A stretch of 64,000 nucleotides of DNA from Gonapodya sp. JEL0774. Lineage: Eukaryota. Location: the NCBI GenBank assembly GCA_027604505.1, contig JADIIX010000054.1:62001-126000 (forward strand). Reading direction: 5' to 3'. The translations under genes were made by a program, and so were the position numbers. The first letter of the stretch is position 1, and every line of letters begins with the position of its first letter. Positions 1-13,796 of this stretch are shown here, piece by piece. The notes under the pieces are model-generated. The model saw only the letters and a program-made list of their open reading frames with translations, made no database searches and had not been told where the DNA came from.

Positions 1-2676
1 GCAGGTTATCCCTCTTCTTGGATACCGCCATGCGACAGTCAGAGCGGCAGGAGTGCAGGTGAGGCAGTTGCGAGCTTGGTTGCTCTTAGTCATCTTGTCC
101 CTCTGCGCACACATCTTCCGCACTTCGTATCCGTATTTTCTCAAAACTCAGGCTCTCCGGTCATTAATGATTCACGACGCTGTACCTCTTACGGACTCGG
201 ATCTGTCCCTCTCGGACCACCTCCGTCGCCTCGCTCTCGACCCTTCCCCACAAGTCCGCGAGTCGCTCTACCGTACCTGTGGGTCCTGGCTCCTTGAACT
301 TCCCGACAGATACTCTGTGGGGTGGCGGTTTCTATCAATCGTGGTGGGCGGTTGTGCCGACCAGGCAGTGAATTTGGCGACAGCTTGTCGAGGGTACTTG
401 AGGGAGGCGGGGTTGTTGTACGAGAAGGAGTGGCCTGACAGGGTTAAAGACCAACTGGACTACGAGAGGGTGGATGCATGTGAGCATGTTATTGCGGGTA
501 TTGAGAGCTTAACATACTCTGACGCGAACATACACTGTAGCCCGTCCTGGAATCGGTCTTCGCCACCTCGCTCGTGATAACGCTCAAAAGACTGTTGCAA
601 CGTTGGTTGAAGGTCTCCGCTCGTGGCAACCTGAAGCACGTGTGCGGGATGCGCGCGCGATGTGGGTGTTCCTCGATCTTTTGGAAGAGAACGCTACAGG
701 GTACGTGCATGAGATTGTGAAAGCTTCTGTTGCGACTGTAGCAGAGGAAGGAAACCCGACTGTGGTGGATGAGGTGGGATAGCTATGCGCTCACTGTTGT
801 ACCGGAGGCGCATTCACTGATCCCATTATTCAAGGTGCTCCGCTCTTCTCGCTTGCTTGGATTGCACGTGAATCCGTCAACTCTAGTAGCCATTTTATTG
901 CCGTATCTTGACCCGGCCATACCTTCTTCTTCATCCACTCGCCGAGGTGCACTGCGTGTTCTCGCCGCTGTGGCGTCAGGAACGCCTACCGACAAACTCA
1001 AATGTCACCATAACGCACTTGCTGCTGCCTTAAGCAACAGCGAGTGTGCTGGTAATGAAAACCCAGTCACCCTTTGGCGAGTGGCGGAATGTGTTGGAGC
1101 TTGCTGTGGGTCAAGCACGATTTCCATGGCAGGAAGACCTGAACACACACAAGGCGAGCTGAACACTCTGCTTAATGAAGAAGAAGCAAGCGTGTATTAC
1201 GGAGCTCTTGCGAGGGTCGCTGCGGTATCAGGGGGCATGGATGAGCGAGTGCTCGGAGTCCCAGAGGCAAAAAGGGAGGTTAGTACCATCACCGAGTCAC
1301 GTCCGATCCATTTTCAACAATCGCAGTCACATGTGCGCGGTTTCTAGGCCTTGCAGGCGCTATCCCGCCTTGCCGTTGCCACGGGCCTCGGCGATTGCAA
1401 TGAACTCCACTGCCGTTTCCTCCCGCATATCCTTTCCTCTCTGGTTGGTACCACACAAAGGTGGACACGACACTCTAGTGAGCCTAGTGTTGCGAGGTAC
1501 GCTTTGTTGAACGCCGGCGATGCAGTTGGGGAATTGGAGTCCCTGAACAAGGTTTTGGAAATGGTCGAAATTGGTTCCAAAGAGGAGAAGGAGTATGAAG
1601 TGAGAGAAAAGTGAGCGTGGTGGAAGTAACAGTTTTCTCGACCTTTCAACTTAAGACACACACCGGATCATCCACCAGCGTACTCACCACGCTTCATGCA
1701 CTGTTGTCTAAGGAAGGCAATCCACTTGATTCTCGAATGCTGTTGCCGACCAAAACGGGCTTTATACTTAATCAAATTCTTCTACCGAATTCTGTCTGGC
1801 GCCCCGGCAAAAACGCTCGTATACTCCGGCGATTGACCATGCAGGTCATGCTCGCATGGATCAAAGCACCTTGTAAGGTTACACACCTAGAGCATCTCGA
1901 AGAACAGTCTCGTAGAGAGCAAGACACGACCGTTGTCGGGTCGTTGTCGCTGCCTGTGATTCAAGAGCACCTGGCACAGTTGGTAACTGCGATCAACAAC
2001 AACTTGGAGGACGATGATCTAGAAACGAGGAAGGCGAGTGTAGGTTGCTGGAATGAGATCTGGGAAAGATTTGGAAAGAACCTGAAATTTAGCGGTGCGT
2101 TCTCGGTGGTGCTATCTGGCTCTCAGCAATTGTAAGCGGTTCACGCATTCCGATTCGCCCACAGCCGATCAATTGAAACTCATTTACCCCGAGCTTCTTA
2201 AACGCCTTGACGATGCTCACGATGATTTGCGCATAATTGTTGCCGGGAGAACGTGGCCTCTTTTTTTCTTGATGGTGGAGCGATGGCAAGTGCAAGCAAC
2301 GGAGGAGGAGCGCGCAGCCAAGGAGCGAGGTGGAGAGAAGGTGTATGTTGAGACTAGCCTCGATGATGTGCATTGGAAAGAGATGTGCAAAGCACTCGCG
2401 ATCCACATGGATGATGGCAACTCAGCAATGAAGGTGAGATGAACTTGCTGACGGTACGATCATGGTCTATTCTTTGCCACACCCACTGAAAATGACTATG
2501 TTTTTTGTGTGCGTCAAAAGGAAGCTGCAGCGACTGCTTTGAGTGCTATGGCGGTGTGTCCTGCATGCCCTCCCGAGGTCGTAACAGAACACCTTGGTGA
2601 AGTGCGGGGCAAACACCGGACCACAACGTATTTAGATGAAGTCATCAATCTTGCAGAGACGAGGATGCGCAAGTGA
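1..2676 (+). CDS. DNAAF5: HEAT-repeat dynein axonemal assembly factor 5 (HEATR2)-like, multi-exon, 5' end outside window
   Basis: Chain of + ORFs joined by GT-AG introns. Motifs LALDPSPQVR..GSWLLELPDRYS, LLPNSVWRPGK, NNLEDD, LKLIYPELLKRLDD and HMDD resemble HEATR2. Stop TGA 2674-2676. Confidence 0.8.
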
Positions 2677-2965
2677 AGGTGCTTTTGTGATGGAATTAAC
2701 ATTAAAATATTGAAAAGACTCTTTTCACAGAAGGACGTGGCGCCAATGTAGCATCCTGTCAAATGATCAAATTATGATACGTGAAAGTATACAGAGAATG
2801 AGTTGGATCCTATTGCAGTAATCATTCGATCCATTTTGCCGAGATATTTAGTGTATAATGCGTTGTGAAAACAATGACGATGAGGTGACACTTCAAAACG
2901 TCATACGATATTCGGCGCATATTGACCCGCCTTCACAGGTTACCAAAATATACTCGTAGAGCTGA

Positions 2966-4225
2966 ATGGCTGCATTTTCGAGCAATCAGGATGATGACCA
3001 TGCCGTAGCTCTTGCAGTCCCGCGCCCACCAGCACCTCAGAGTGAACCCCTTCGCGAGGCCGTCGCAGACGACCTGGGAGAAAAGGACTACAATTTGGGA
3101 GTACAAGAAATGGTGAAGAATTCAGAGAGAGTGGGTCGGATGAAGCACTCCTCGAGGAGAAGAGCAAAATACAGTCTCAAGAGTGCGAGGTCAGGTGACA
3201 TGACGGAGAGAATCTCGGACAAAACAGGACGGGAGGATGCGGTAGACGAAAGCTATGCAGAGGCGCTTTTATTAGACGTGGTTGTTGAGGAGTTTCATAC
3301 CAACGGTGACAAGGAAACTCACAAGTCGGGTGACAGTGTTGGAAGGGAGCCGAGTGCGGTCTACAATGTAGATCGAGTTGCAGGGAGTGAGAGCAAGGAT
3401 TCAAAGAACGATGCTTTGTGTTCTGGAAGGACGGAACATGGTACCAAAGAGATGCAAGACTCTCTTATGCCCATCTCATCAGGAAGCCGAAGACCTCAAG
3501 CCACAGCCGTCTTACACCCAACAGCACATTCTCACTCATCGAGTTTAACCGGATCGGTGAAAAGCGACTCCTATGAAACTCCGACACTGACAAGACTTTC
3601 TGTGATTGGTGGTCGCGCTCCCAGCAGCTCACAGAGGCGGCACCACACTCCTCCAACTGCCATGGAGGTCGACGAGATGCTTCACGCTCGTATTGAGGCT
3701 TCTTATGGGGAGAAATCGGCCCGTATCGAAGAAGCTCTGACTGGCATCCTGTCATCGTCAACTACGCCGCGAGCTGGTCCGCCACGTCAAGATCCCGTGG
3801 ATCGTCACCCACTAGAGCCGAAACGTTGTGTCATTCGACAAGGTGCACTTACCGCACAGCAGTTCCCTGTCACGTCGTCCTATGTGCCCGTTTCAACTCC
3901 CCCCCCGCCGATCCCAGCCGATCTACCCCAACCGGTGACGGCTGAACTCGCTATTGAAACAATACTACCATTTTTAAGGGCTCAAAAGCAAAACTATGTG
4001 AGGTTCGGGGGTTTGGTTAGCAAAGGGGACCCGGATGTGGATGTGAGCGTAATGGTGGAGGACAGGACGAAGATGGGCTGAAATTTGAGAGATGGGTCCT
4101 TGGTTTTCGCGACGTATTCACGTCGGGAGATGAAGCACCTGTACAAACCGGGCCCGTTGGATTGACCCCGGTTTGACCGCCTTCAGGTGTTACTTGATGG
4201 ACTCGTGAACAAGCGTCTTTTTTGA
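2966..4225 (+). CDS. Hypothetical protein, largely disordered with a short C-terminal helical part (probably 2 exons)
   Basis: 371-aa ORF. Likely intron from GTGAGC ~4042 to TTCAG ~4187 gives a last exon VLLDGLVNKRLF*. Confidence 0.5.
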
Positions 4226-4411
4226 ATGACATTGTGTGCTGATCACAATAATTTGAGTCTACGAATTTGCTCTGAAATAATATAAGGTCTTTGAAATGGG
4301 AGTGTTTGCGGGTCGCGGTTGGGAGGTGACATACAAACAATGGAATGCATCAAAACCCATTCATCATTGATTCTCCTGTCAGCCCAAGAAAACCAGATCT
4401 ACTTATCAACG

Positions 4412-6582
4412 ATGTCTTTTCTGAGGGCGCGATTGTTGAGATCCCCACTGCAAATGGCCTCTTGTAGTTCCCAGCGGTATTCGCCGGGTCAGTGCATCAA
4501 TGTTGGTACTGGCCTCATTGTTCCAACTCTCTGCGAATCCGGACGTCCAGTGCTTGAATTTCTATGCGGACAATCTGAAAGAAATAGTTCCTTGAGGAGG
4601 AATTCATCGTTAGCAAAGAAGCGACAACGTGTTCACTTCTCAGAAAATCCCAAGTCGGACAACGAGTTTCCGTCCACGGTCGCCGGCGATACTGAATGCA
4701 GAGGTACGTTTATCATCATTCTGAATATGTAATGAATCCGTCTTTTGTTTAAATTGATGGGCGCTCAAAATTCACTTCCCGTTTGCTCTCCTCCCCCGTT
4801 GGTGCCTCCACTCTTTCAGGCTGCGGCGCGGAGTTCCAACATGTCGACCCCTCTAAACCCGGCTACCTTCCCCCTAAACTCAACCCTTCCCTCGCGCCGC
4901 ACCTGGACCAGCCGCCACAACATGCGTCGGTGCACACTCGTCTCGACTCTTCTCTACCCGTCGACGAACATACGTCAGAAAGAGATCGACTATTGGGAAT
5001 TCGACCCGACTCCATTACCCCCGCCGAACTGAAACGCCTCCTCCGGTCTCCGCAGTACGCTAATGCCCCTGGAAATCTGGTCCCGACAACTCCAATCTGC
5101 CAACGATGCCACCGCCTCACCCACCACCGGGCAGAATACCCCCGCGCCTTTCCCCACAATCTGCCTCGCTCGTTTGCCTCGCTCAAAACGGACACCCACC
5201 ACGTTGTTGTAGCAGTCCTGGATATTCTCGACATCCCAGCCTCATTCCCTGACCTCCTTCCCACACTCCTCGGTCCTTCCGCGACTCGCCGTATCATTCT
5301 CGCAGCCAACAAAGCCGATGCGCTGCCGCTTGACTTCAAGCCGGATCGCATCCGCCGGCATGTTCGGGAAGAGTGGCGCGCACACCTTGGCAACGGAGGT
5401 TATGGGGACCTCTGGGATGTGGTCCTCGTCAGTGCCAAAACTGGCCAGGGTATCCGAGACCTCGTCAGATCCATCAACCACGCAAGACGACCTGGTGACG
5501 ACATAGTGCTGGTTGGTGCAGCGAACGCAGGCAAGAGTCAACTAATCAACTCACTCCTCGGCATGGCGGGCGGTAAAGTTCGCGTACAAGTCGACGAGAC
5601 TTTAAAGCGCGATGATATCGACATCGAGTCGTCTCGCTCCGACCCCTCCGATGACGATGAGTGGTCACCCACCCTCCCACGTTTGCAGCCGCCGAACCCT
5701 AAACGTTCTTCCTCATCCTCCTCTGTCACCACATCCCCCCTCCCCGGCACGACGGTCTCCCTGATCCGCTTCCCTCTCTCCTCGGGACCCCTCGCCCGCA
5801 TATTCCCAGCACCAAAAGAGCCAAGGTCCCTGACCTCTTCCTCTCCCGCCCAATCAATGCCCCGGAACCGCCAACCTTACCTGATCGACACACCCGGCCT
5901 CCCCTCCCCCATGTCCCTCTTGAACCACCTCACACTCCCTGAGTGCTCTGCAACAGTACCCACCAAGCCGATCCACCCCTTCATGTTCCACCTCACGCCC
6001 GGTAGCACAATATTCTTGGGTGGTGTCGGCCGTCTCGACTACGTGTCCGGCCCCCCTACGGTCATGGTAACCGCTTTTAGGGCTAAAGAGGTGACGTTGC
6101 ACAAGACAAAATTGGAGAAAGCCGATGGGGTTTACGCGAGGCATGTTGGAGGTTTGTTGAGGCCACCCAGGTTTCATGCGGAGGCGGACAACAAAGAACA
6201 GAGTCCCGGTGGAGAGAAGTCGGGCGTGGTGGACATTGGTGACTCCTCCAGTGCTTTATCTGCCCTCCCAGCTATGGCGCGCCCTCCCTCCAGTCGACCA
6301 ATTGCGCTCCCTCCCTTGCTCTGCCTCCCAAAACCCATAGCAATCCCCGTTCCCCTGAACCCTCAAAGTACAAAAAATAAATCTATTCTGGACATTGTGT
6401 GGTCCGGGGCAGGATGGCTGGCAGTAACCATTCCAAGGAGCGCGTCTCTGCGGGTGAGTCAGAATGCCCGCGGTGCGGAAAAGGAAGCGGTGTTTATGGC
6501 GTGGAGTCTGGGAGGAGAAGGATGCTATACCAGGAGGCCATTGATGCCGTTTGAGATTGGTGGTGGCGCTCATGGCAAATGA
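4412..6582 (+). CDS. NOA1: Mitochondrial circularly permuted GTPase, YqeH/NOA1/Gep3 family
   Basis: Arg/Leu/Ser-rich presequence MSFLRARLLRS. One intron joins CRGCG; second zinc half-site CQRC. G motifs in permuted order NKAD, SAK, GAANAGKS, DTPG. Confidence 0.9.
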
Positions 6583-6964
6583 GAACCACAGTTGCCCCCG
6601 ACAAAGATGACTAGATTATCCATGTAATTCTATGTAAATGCAACAAGCAGAGATTGTATTCAAGGGCTCTGGACTGTACATGGAGGGATATTTCGGCGGC
6701 AGCCAGTCGCAAAATACGCAACAAAATCTCCACATCCGCCCCCCAGGTCCACAGTATGTAAACAACTACGACCTCTACCACACAACGAGAAAGACAGTTC
6801 GGTCCCATCGATGCGACGCACATGGTGTAAGGCAAGGATGGTCCAGTGTGCGAGTTTCATGAGCGCATGCTCCCCCTCATCTTTGATAAAGTCTGTTGGT
6901 ACCGTGATGCGTCTCGTCCGTCTTCTTCTTCTTGCACTTTCATCCACGAGCCGTGCAACCTGGA

Positions 6965-9397
6965 TCATTGAATTCCCATCCCGCCTACTCTCCTCGTCAT
7001 TTCCTCCAATTGCCTGAACTGTGTCATTTTTTCAGCGAACATGGGGGCGTAGAACCCACCCAAGATATCGTGAATAACGGCCATGCCTCGGTCGAATTCG
7101 CCAAGCGAGCCCATGCCCTGCGACCTGCCCCACGCGCTCCACAACACGTCGAATCCGCCAGCCACGAAGAGCGCATCTGCGAATCTATTAGGGCCACCGT
7201 AAGATAATGCAGTTTCTGGGGGTGTTGGATCTGAGTTGCCAGCAGTGAGGAGGGAGAAGAGAGCGATCGCGCTGCGGGAGAAGAGAGCCGGATCAGGAGT
7301 GGTGGGTTGGATGCCGGAGAGATCGGATATGTGAGGCGGTACAGACGATTTCAGATAGTCGAGGAGAATCTTCATGACATCTAGACGGAGGAGCTCGCTG
7401 TCATGGGACAGGATTTATGAGGTGTCAGGGTACAGAGAACTCGGCGGAACTGCAGCAAGTGTCGCCGAATACTCACCCGTCCAAATGCTGATCCTCAAGC
7501 GCTACCAGATTGATCAAAGCGGCAACGGCGTCTCTCTTTCCTGCTCCTTCGTCCAGTTCCCTTACGGCTAACGTCGTCAAGAACGGCCAAATCTGCCAAG
7601 GAGTACTATCTACATTCCCACTTTTCAGAAACTCGATAGTCTGCTCCTTCGTCCCTGAAGTCATCTTGACAACAAACGGTACGATTGCGGCCTTCACTGA
7701 GTCAGAGGAGTGAACACGATAGTCCCGAGGTGGCGCCATCGGTCGAAGCACAAACGCCCATCCGGCATCTTCCATTGGAGCTGCTTGAATTATTGCTTGA
7801 ATGTGCTCTGGACCACCGGAGGCAACTTGACTGAGAATGTCCAGGGCTCCCAAAGCATTGTACGAGGGTCCACCAGAGATGGAGTGGCGGAGCGTGGAAG
7901 TGAGATTTTCTAAAAGGCGTGACCCAAACGCCCGCACATCAAGGGGGCCGCCTATCAGCCCGATGATGAGCTTTAGGCCCCGGATGGCGTGGCTGAGCGC
8001 CTTCTGCTCAGTTCCCGGTGAAACGTTCTCAGCAAGGAAAGGTAACGCGTCGTACAAGTTTCGTGGATCTAAACCAGGGAACATGGCGACGTTGGCAAGC
8101 GCGCGCACACATTGCTCGTTGAGGCAGGTCTTGGCTTCCTTCATCTCTCCGTCTGGAATATCGTAGTGTGAAAAGTCCACCACCTGGAGGAGCCGAGGAA
8201 TGAGGTCGGAGAAACCGGTGACAACAGCGTGATGGGTGTCCTGAGTGCAGAGGATGTTCCCTAAAGTCCAAATAGCCTAATCCGGAGAAACGGTGAAAAA
8301 ACGAGTGATACGTGAGCAGCAAAGAAACACAAGCGAGGAGTACTCGCGGAGGGTTGTGCTTCCCGAATCCCCGCTGCAAAACAACACAAAACGAACCTGC
8401 CACGCTATCCGCCAAGAAGGACTCCTGAGTTGGTCCATGAGTACAGGCACGGCACCGGCAGCAACGACATCCGCTCCAGCTTCAGGAACGTTGGCGCAGA
8501 TGTTGGTCAGGATCCACGAGGTTTCGTACTGCACGTCGCAAACGGTGCGTCGTGAGGGGGATGGCAGATCCGATGGTGTGAGAGGGAGATGTGATGGTGT
8601 GAGAGGAGAGAGGGGGACCTGCGAGAATCCACGGCGTACCTGAAGAATTCCATCAGGAACTTTAAAAAGCTCCACTATTCGGGGGAGAATATTGAGAGGC
8701 ATGATGTTCTTGACGTGCTCTTCAACTGCCAGAAAACACAGGGAGTTGATACATCTGCTCGAGCCAAGGCCCTCAAATCAGATGATTAGATAAGTGAACT
8801 CACTCTTTCCTGAAAGGGAGCAGTACTTCCGGAGAACTGGGGTACCGATGCAGGAAAGAAAGGAGTGAGGACTGCAAACCAGGAAGCATCAATTCAATCC
8901 TTCATTAAGCACACGAACCGTTAACAGCTCTGAGATGTTCCGATCTGTTATTCGAGTATAAGTTCGCAAGAAGTGATTCCTTGTGAGCGGGGAGAAGGTT
9001 CGCCACCATTTCGTACGAATCCACCGGGTCGAGTGGGTGCACAGGTGTTTGGGACTGGGCATAGGAAGGCGAGAGTGACCCAGTCAGTTGGTTGATTCGT
9101 CAAATCAATCATGATGGCGGTATGTCTTTTGCTTGTGGCTCGAATAACCGGAAAACCGATTTCTTCGGGGACGTTCTCTGGCGCATTTCGGAGAAAGAGC
9201 AAAGACTCCACAGACCACCAGTACTAAAAAGACCGCCTCTCTTCGCAAGATCCACGGTTCCTCCTTGAGGTTTGCCAGCTACTTACCGTCGTCAGCCGAA
9301 CATTGGCAATAGAGGAGTGGAGAGCGCCGACAAGAGACTCAAGGTCGGCATCTGTGCTCGCTGTCGTACGCCGGCCACCGGTTACACCGGCAATCAT
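6965..9397 (-). CDS. Divergent importin-alpha-like armadillo-repeat protein (ends approximate)
   Basis: Exons encode ILPRIVEL..QYETSWILTNICA..VVAAGAVPVL..EQCVRALANVA, typical of importin-alpha ARM repeats. Confidence 0.65.
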
Positions 9398-10133
9398 CTT
9401 CAGCGTTTCGAAAGCCGATGAAAGAGGGAACCCTGATGCGTTTGATTTTATGTGTTTGGTTTGTGTTGGGGAAAGTGTTTGGTGTAACAGGTCTGGGTGG
9501 CCCACGGCACGGCACCAAACATATTATCATAAACGAGTAAACGAGCTTTCGGCCAACAAGAACTCCGTCACAGTTACTCATAGATGACTACAGAAAAGGG
9601 ACGGGTATGTACTTGAGCTTTGGAAACATTACGCTGGATGCCCTTCTCAGGGTTCTTTCCTCTGTCCGATGCCTCCGGTCCCCCAATCGTCAATTTCTAT
9701 CAACTCGGACAATCTCTCGTAGTGTTGGGCATGCTGGGAATCCACTGAGACACCTGATAATCCTCGCATCAGGGCTTGTCGGGGATGTCGAGATATTGAT
9801 TTACAGTTCATTCACAAGGTGGGTGTTCCAGACTTCATATGCGCTTGGATAAAATCGTGCTTTCTCAACAAAATCAACTTTCTTTGTGTAGATATGTGTG
9901 GAGAAGTACCTCGCGTCCATGTCCTCACCGAACTCAAGGGGTCCGGACAACGGAAAATCTGAGGCTGTGTTTCATTGTACCCGATGTCGCGATCCGTACA
10001 AAATTACCTTTGAGAGTGTTAATCCGTGGAAAGTCTTCGTGGGAGATAAGTTCTTACGCTGGTGAGGAGAGTGCCAGTATTCTCCGGATGTGGTGTCAAG
10101 GTTCAAAGCGACCCCGAATACTGCTGTAGTGCT

Positions 10134-10859
10134 ATGACACTAATGACCGCTTGCATTATCGGTCTCTCAGTCTGCTGTGTCCTAGTTCTCAGGGACTATG
10201 ATCCTTCCCGATCCCTAGTTTTGGACATCGTCACGGTCTACGATCACCCGTCAGACGAGCCAATACTCCCCATGGATCCGCGTAATCGAGCGTATTCTCC
10301 GTCTGCAACGACAGCATCTCGTACTGCCAATGCACCAGCGCAAAAGGAAGTACCGCTCTCTTTGACTCCCCTTCCAAATCAAGCGCGTACTCTGCTCGAG
10401 AACGAATCTCATTCATGGCAGGTCAACACTCTCGCACATCCACGTCGCTATGACTATGATAACCAGGCTCCTGGAGATCTTTCTTCGGCAACTCCTCCCC
10501 CGGCAACTCCTGCACCGCATCCGACTGCACCACCTCTGTTCACAACTGCAGGTCATGGCGCTGGGATCAAATTAGTGAAAACTATAGAGACAGAGGCGGA
10601 TTCTACACCGCTTACTGAGCATCCTTTGCTCGACGATACTGGCACGAAAACCGAGGAAGGAGAAGTCCTACGAGTCGAACTCAAGGTTGGACACTTCGCG
10701 GTCGCGGTGTTTGCATTCTGCCATTTAGTGAACGTTATCACTTGGCGGATGGTTTATATGCACTCGTCAGGAAAGAAAGTTGTGAAAGTACACTCTTACG
10801 AAGAATCAAACACAGTAGCTGACGCAGCGAACCAACGTGGTGCCGCACCAGCGTCTTGA
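10134..10859 (+). CDS. Hypothetical Pro/Thr-rich protein with hydrophobic segments (start uncertain)
   Basis: Part of a 265-aa ORF in an otherwise empty interval; hydrophobic stretch FAVAVFAFCHLVNVITW; no family motif recognised. Confidence 0.35.
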   Translation: MTLMTACIIGLSVCCVLVLRDYDPSRSLVLDIVTVYDHPSDEPILPMDPRNRAYSPSATTASRTANAPAQKEVPLSLTPLPNQARTLLENESHSWQVNTLAHPRRYDYDNQAPGDLSSATPPPATPAPHPTAPPLFTTAGHGAGIKLVKTIETEADSTPLTEHPLLDDTGTKTEEGEVLRVELKVGHFAVAVFAFCHLVNVITWRMVYMHSSGKKVVKVHSYEESNTVADAANQRGAAPAS

Positions 10860-10997
10860 CATGTTTTGCTTTGATTTGCAAGTTTTCTCTGCGGTTAGGG
10901 TTATTTTTCATGAATAATTTGATTTAGACATTTGACGATTAGATGTTTCAAGTGTGTGTATTGTATTGTCTAAACAGTGGCAGATCGCTTTGTTCTA

Positions 10998-13663
10998 TTA
11001 CTTCTTTTCGTAGGCCTGCTCGTGAACCTTCTGCGCCCGACCAGACGGGTCCTCAGGGCAACCTGCAGAGTAATGCAAAGTCAGCAAACAGGATGCATAG
11101 TTACCGAACCACAAGAAAACTTCACCCCAGTCTTTCCTTGGGATCCATCGCATAACCGTGGTCAGGCACTGCTTCTGTGGGAAGTGTTGCTCAAAAATTT
11201 GACGGTAATAGTACGCCTCCTTCGTCGTAGGTGTGTCGTGGGGGAACCTTTCGGCGGCTGCGGCAAAGTCGACATCGGAAACCGACTTTTCGGCGTGGTC
11301 CTTGAGTCCGTCGATCCACGAGTACCCTACACCGTCAGAGAATTGCTCTTTCTGACGCCAGAGAATCTCATCAGGGAGGTATGGCTTTTCCGGGGTATCA
11401 AATGCCTTCCGGATGACGAACTTTTCGCCCTTGTGGAAATAGGGAGCCTGGTTGATGAGTTTGTGGTTGGCAGGTACCACGTTCATAGCAACGTCGAGGA
11501 AAGCCCTGTCCTGGAAGGGTACACGGGACTCAAGACCCCAAGCCATTGTGGACTTGTTGGCACGAAGGTTATCGGACTTGTTGAGGTTCTGGATGCGGGC
11601 GATGCACTCGTGGTGGAGTTGACGAGCGTCGGGAGCGTAGTGGAAATAAAGGTATCCTTGATGGTGGAGCAAGGGGCGGGAAATGGATCTTTATGAGACT
11701 ACAACAACTTGCGCATTGACAACGCCACGTAGGAGTATCGCGATAACGGCAAGTCAGCAGAATACAATTTTTCCTCCATCACGAACTTTCGGAGCGGTTC
11801 TGAATTGTATGTCATCATTTGTCTCCCGGAATTTGGATGAAGCAATCTTTCTGCGAATGACCGACAAGCATCATCCGACTTACCTCCGAAAATTTCGTCA
11901 CTTCCCTCACCACTAAGAACCATCTTGACACCCATGCTTTTAATCCGGCGAGAGAGGAGGTACCTACACCGTGATTCAACAGAGATTGCTGATTCATAAA
12001 AGTGCTCCACGGAAACGATCCATCAATCAAAAGTAAAGGCAAATTGGTCACTCACATCGGCGTGCTCGCCCTAATAGTCGTCACGTCGTACGTCTCCAAA
12101 TGATAAATAACGTCCGGAATGGCGTCCAAACCTTCATCGAAGGTGTAGGTGTACTCGTGGTGGGCGGTACCTAAAAAGTCGGCGACAATCCGGGCGAACT
12201 TGAGGTCGGGGGCGCCAGGAAGACCAATAGAGAAGGAGTGGAGGCGAGGCCACATCGAGATGGCTTGGAGGGCTTGAGCTGGGGTGGGGGTGCCACTAAG
12301 GTGAGCTCGACCCGAGACACGGCAACCATTGGAGAGCAAACCACAAAATATCACCAACCAACCAGTTTCATCCGTGTCTTCATCTCCAGAAGACAATCCG
12401 TTGGTTTGCACGTTGCCCTTCTTGTTCTTCTCCTCCTCCCTCATACGTTCGATTGTCCTCACTGTGATTGCCGAGATGATGGAGGAGTCCAATCCTCCGG
12501 ACAACAACACCCCGAACGGCACTTCTGACATGAGACGCTTCTTCACCGCCCGCTCGAGAGACTCGCGAAGTTGCTTATACATTTCCGCGTCCTCCTCAGG
12601 GGTTTGCTTGTACGCGAGAGCGGCATCGTCAGGTACGCCAGCCTTGGGATGGTCGTACCAGGTCGGGTGATAATATTGGACAAATTGTTTGGTTTTTGAG
12701 GAGTAATAGTGGCCAGGGGGGAAGGCTTCGATACGGTCGCAGTCCTCGTTCATTGTCTTCATCTCCGAGGAGACCCAAGTGGAGCCATCCGAATCTCGCC
12801 AGCCAATGTACAGGGTTGTGATGCCGAGAGGGTCACGAGCAATGAGGTACTCGTCGGTGCGAGCGTCGTAGAGGGCGAAGCTGAAGAAACCATCGAGGTC
12901 GTTGATGAAGGTTTCTCGGAACTCCTCCCACTGGACAAACCGATTTCGAAAGGTGAGTCAAGGCATCTTCACCAACACACATCACAGAGAACGTCACAGA
13001 AAAGAGGCGTCACAACTTCAACATTGGCAATCGGGGTGCTCCATAGCCCAGTCCAGGCGTATGACTCAATACTGGTCGTCAAGGATTATCCCGAAAACCC
13101 ACCAGGTAAAGGATGACCTCACAATCAGAGTGGGTCTTGAAATTGTGTTGTTTTTGGAGTTTGGAACGGAGTTTCAGGTGGTTGTAGATTTCACCGTTGA
13201 CGGTGAGGATCACGGAATCATCCTCGTTGGTAAGTGGCTGGGCTCCCGAGTCTGATTGAACGGAAACGGTCGGGGTAGAGAGTTCGGGTACATAGATGTG
13301 AGAAGTGGTGAACTCTCTCAAAGAGGCCCATCAAACCGTCAATCCATCCGTGCCACCCACGCACCAACTCCAACGATTGCCAATCTCTCGTGGCAGACAA
13401 CGTTGTTTCCCGAGACCTTGATGCCGTTCCAGTCTGGACCACGGTGACGTATTCTTGGCAGTCGAGGAATTGAGTCGCGTTTGGAATCGCAGATGCCACG
13501 ATTCCATGGTGAAGATCGGGGTGGGTCAGTGATGGCTCCCCCATCACCACACCCGGCCGGACGAAACCAGGACTCGATGGACACACCTCTTCGAAAGAGC
13601 AAGCGCTCTTGCTCGAAATCCTTGCGGGTCTGCGACTCCAAAGACAGCGAAAATTCCACACAT
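10998..13663 (-). CDS. ASNS: Asparagine synthetase (glutamine-hydrolysing), multi-exon
   Basis: MCGIFAV (Ntn Cys2), [78 protein letters not shown]. Confidence 0.97.
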
Positions 13664-13787
13664 TGTTGAAGTTTTCCAAGTCGGCCCGTTTGGAGAAAAG
13701 GTGCCCTTGGCTGTGCCACATGTTGAAACTGCTCCCGAAGTGACAATGATTGACAACACTTTGATCATTCTCATTCGATAACCAGCA

Positions 13788-13796
13788 ATGACTCAT
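13788..13796. promoter_or_regulatory. Perfect Gcn4/CPC-1 (AP-1) site ATGACTCAT upstream of asparagine synthetase
   Basis: Exact 9-bp optimal site 125 bp upstream of the ATG of a classic amino-acid-starvation target gene. Confidence 0.6.

Noticed and set aside
10977..11696. 239-aa + strand ORF, and similar long antisense ORFs (4863-5393, 39850-40428, 63300-63956)
   Set aside because: They are shadows of well-supported genes on the opposite strand and carry no family motifs.
13664..13796. Upstream AUGs before ASNS (13721, 13774, 13796)
   Set aside because: The TSS is unknown and they probably lie in the promoter, so uORF function cannot be supported.
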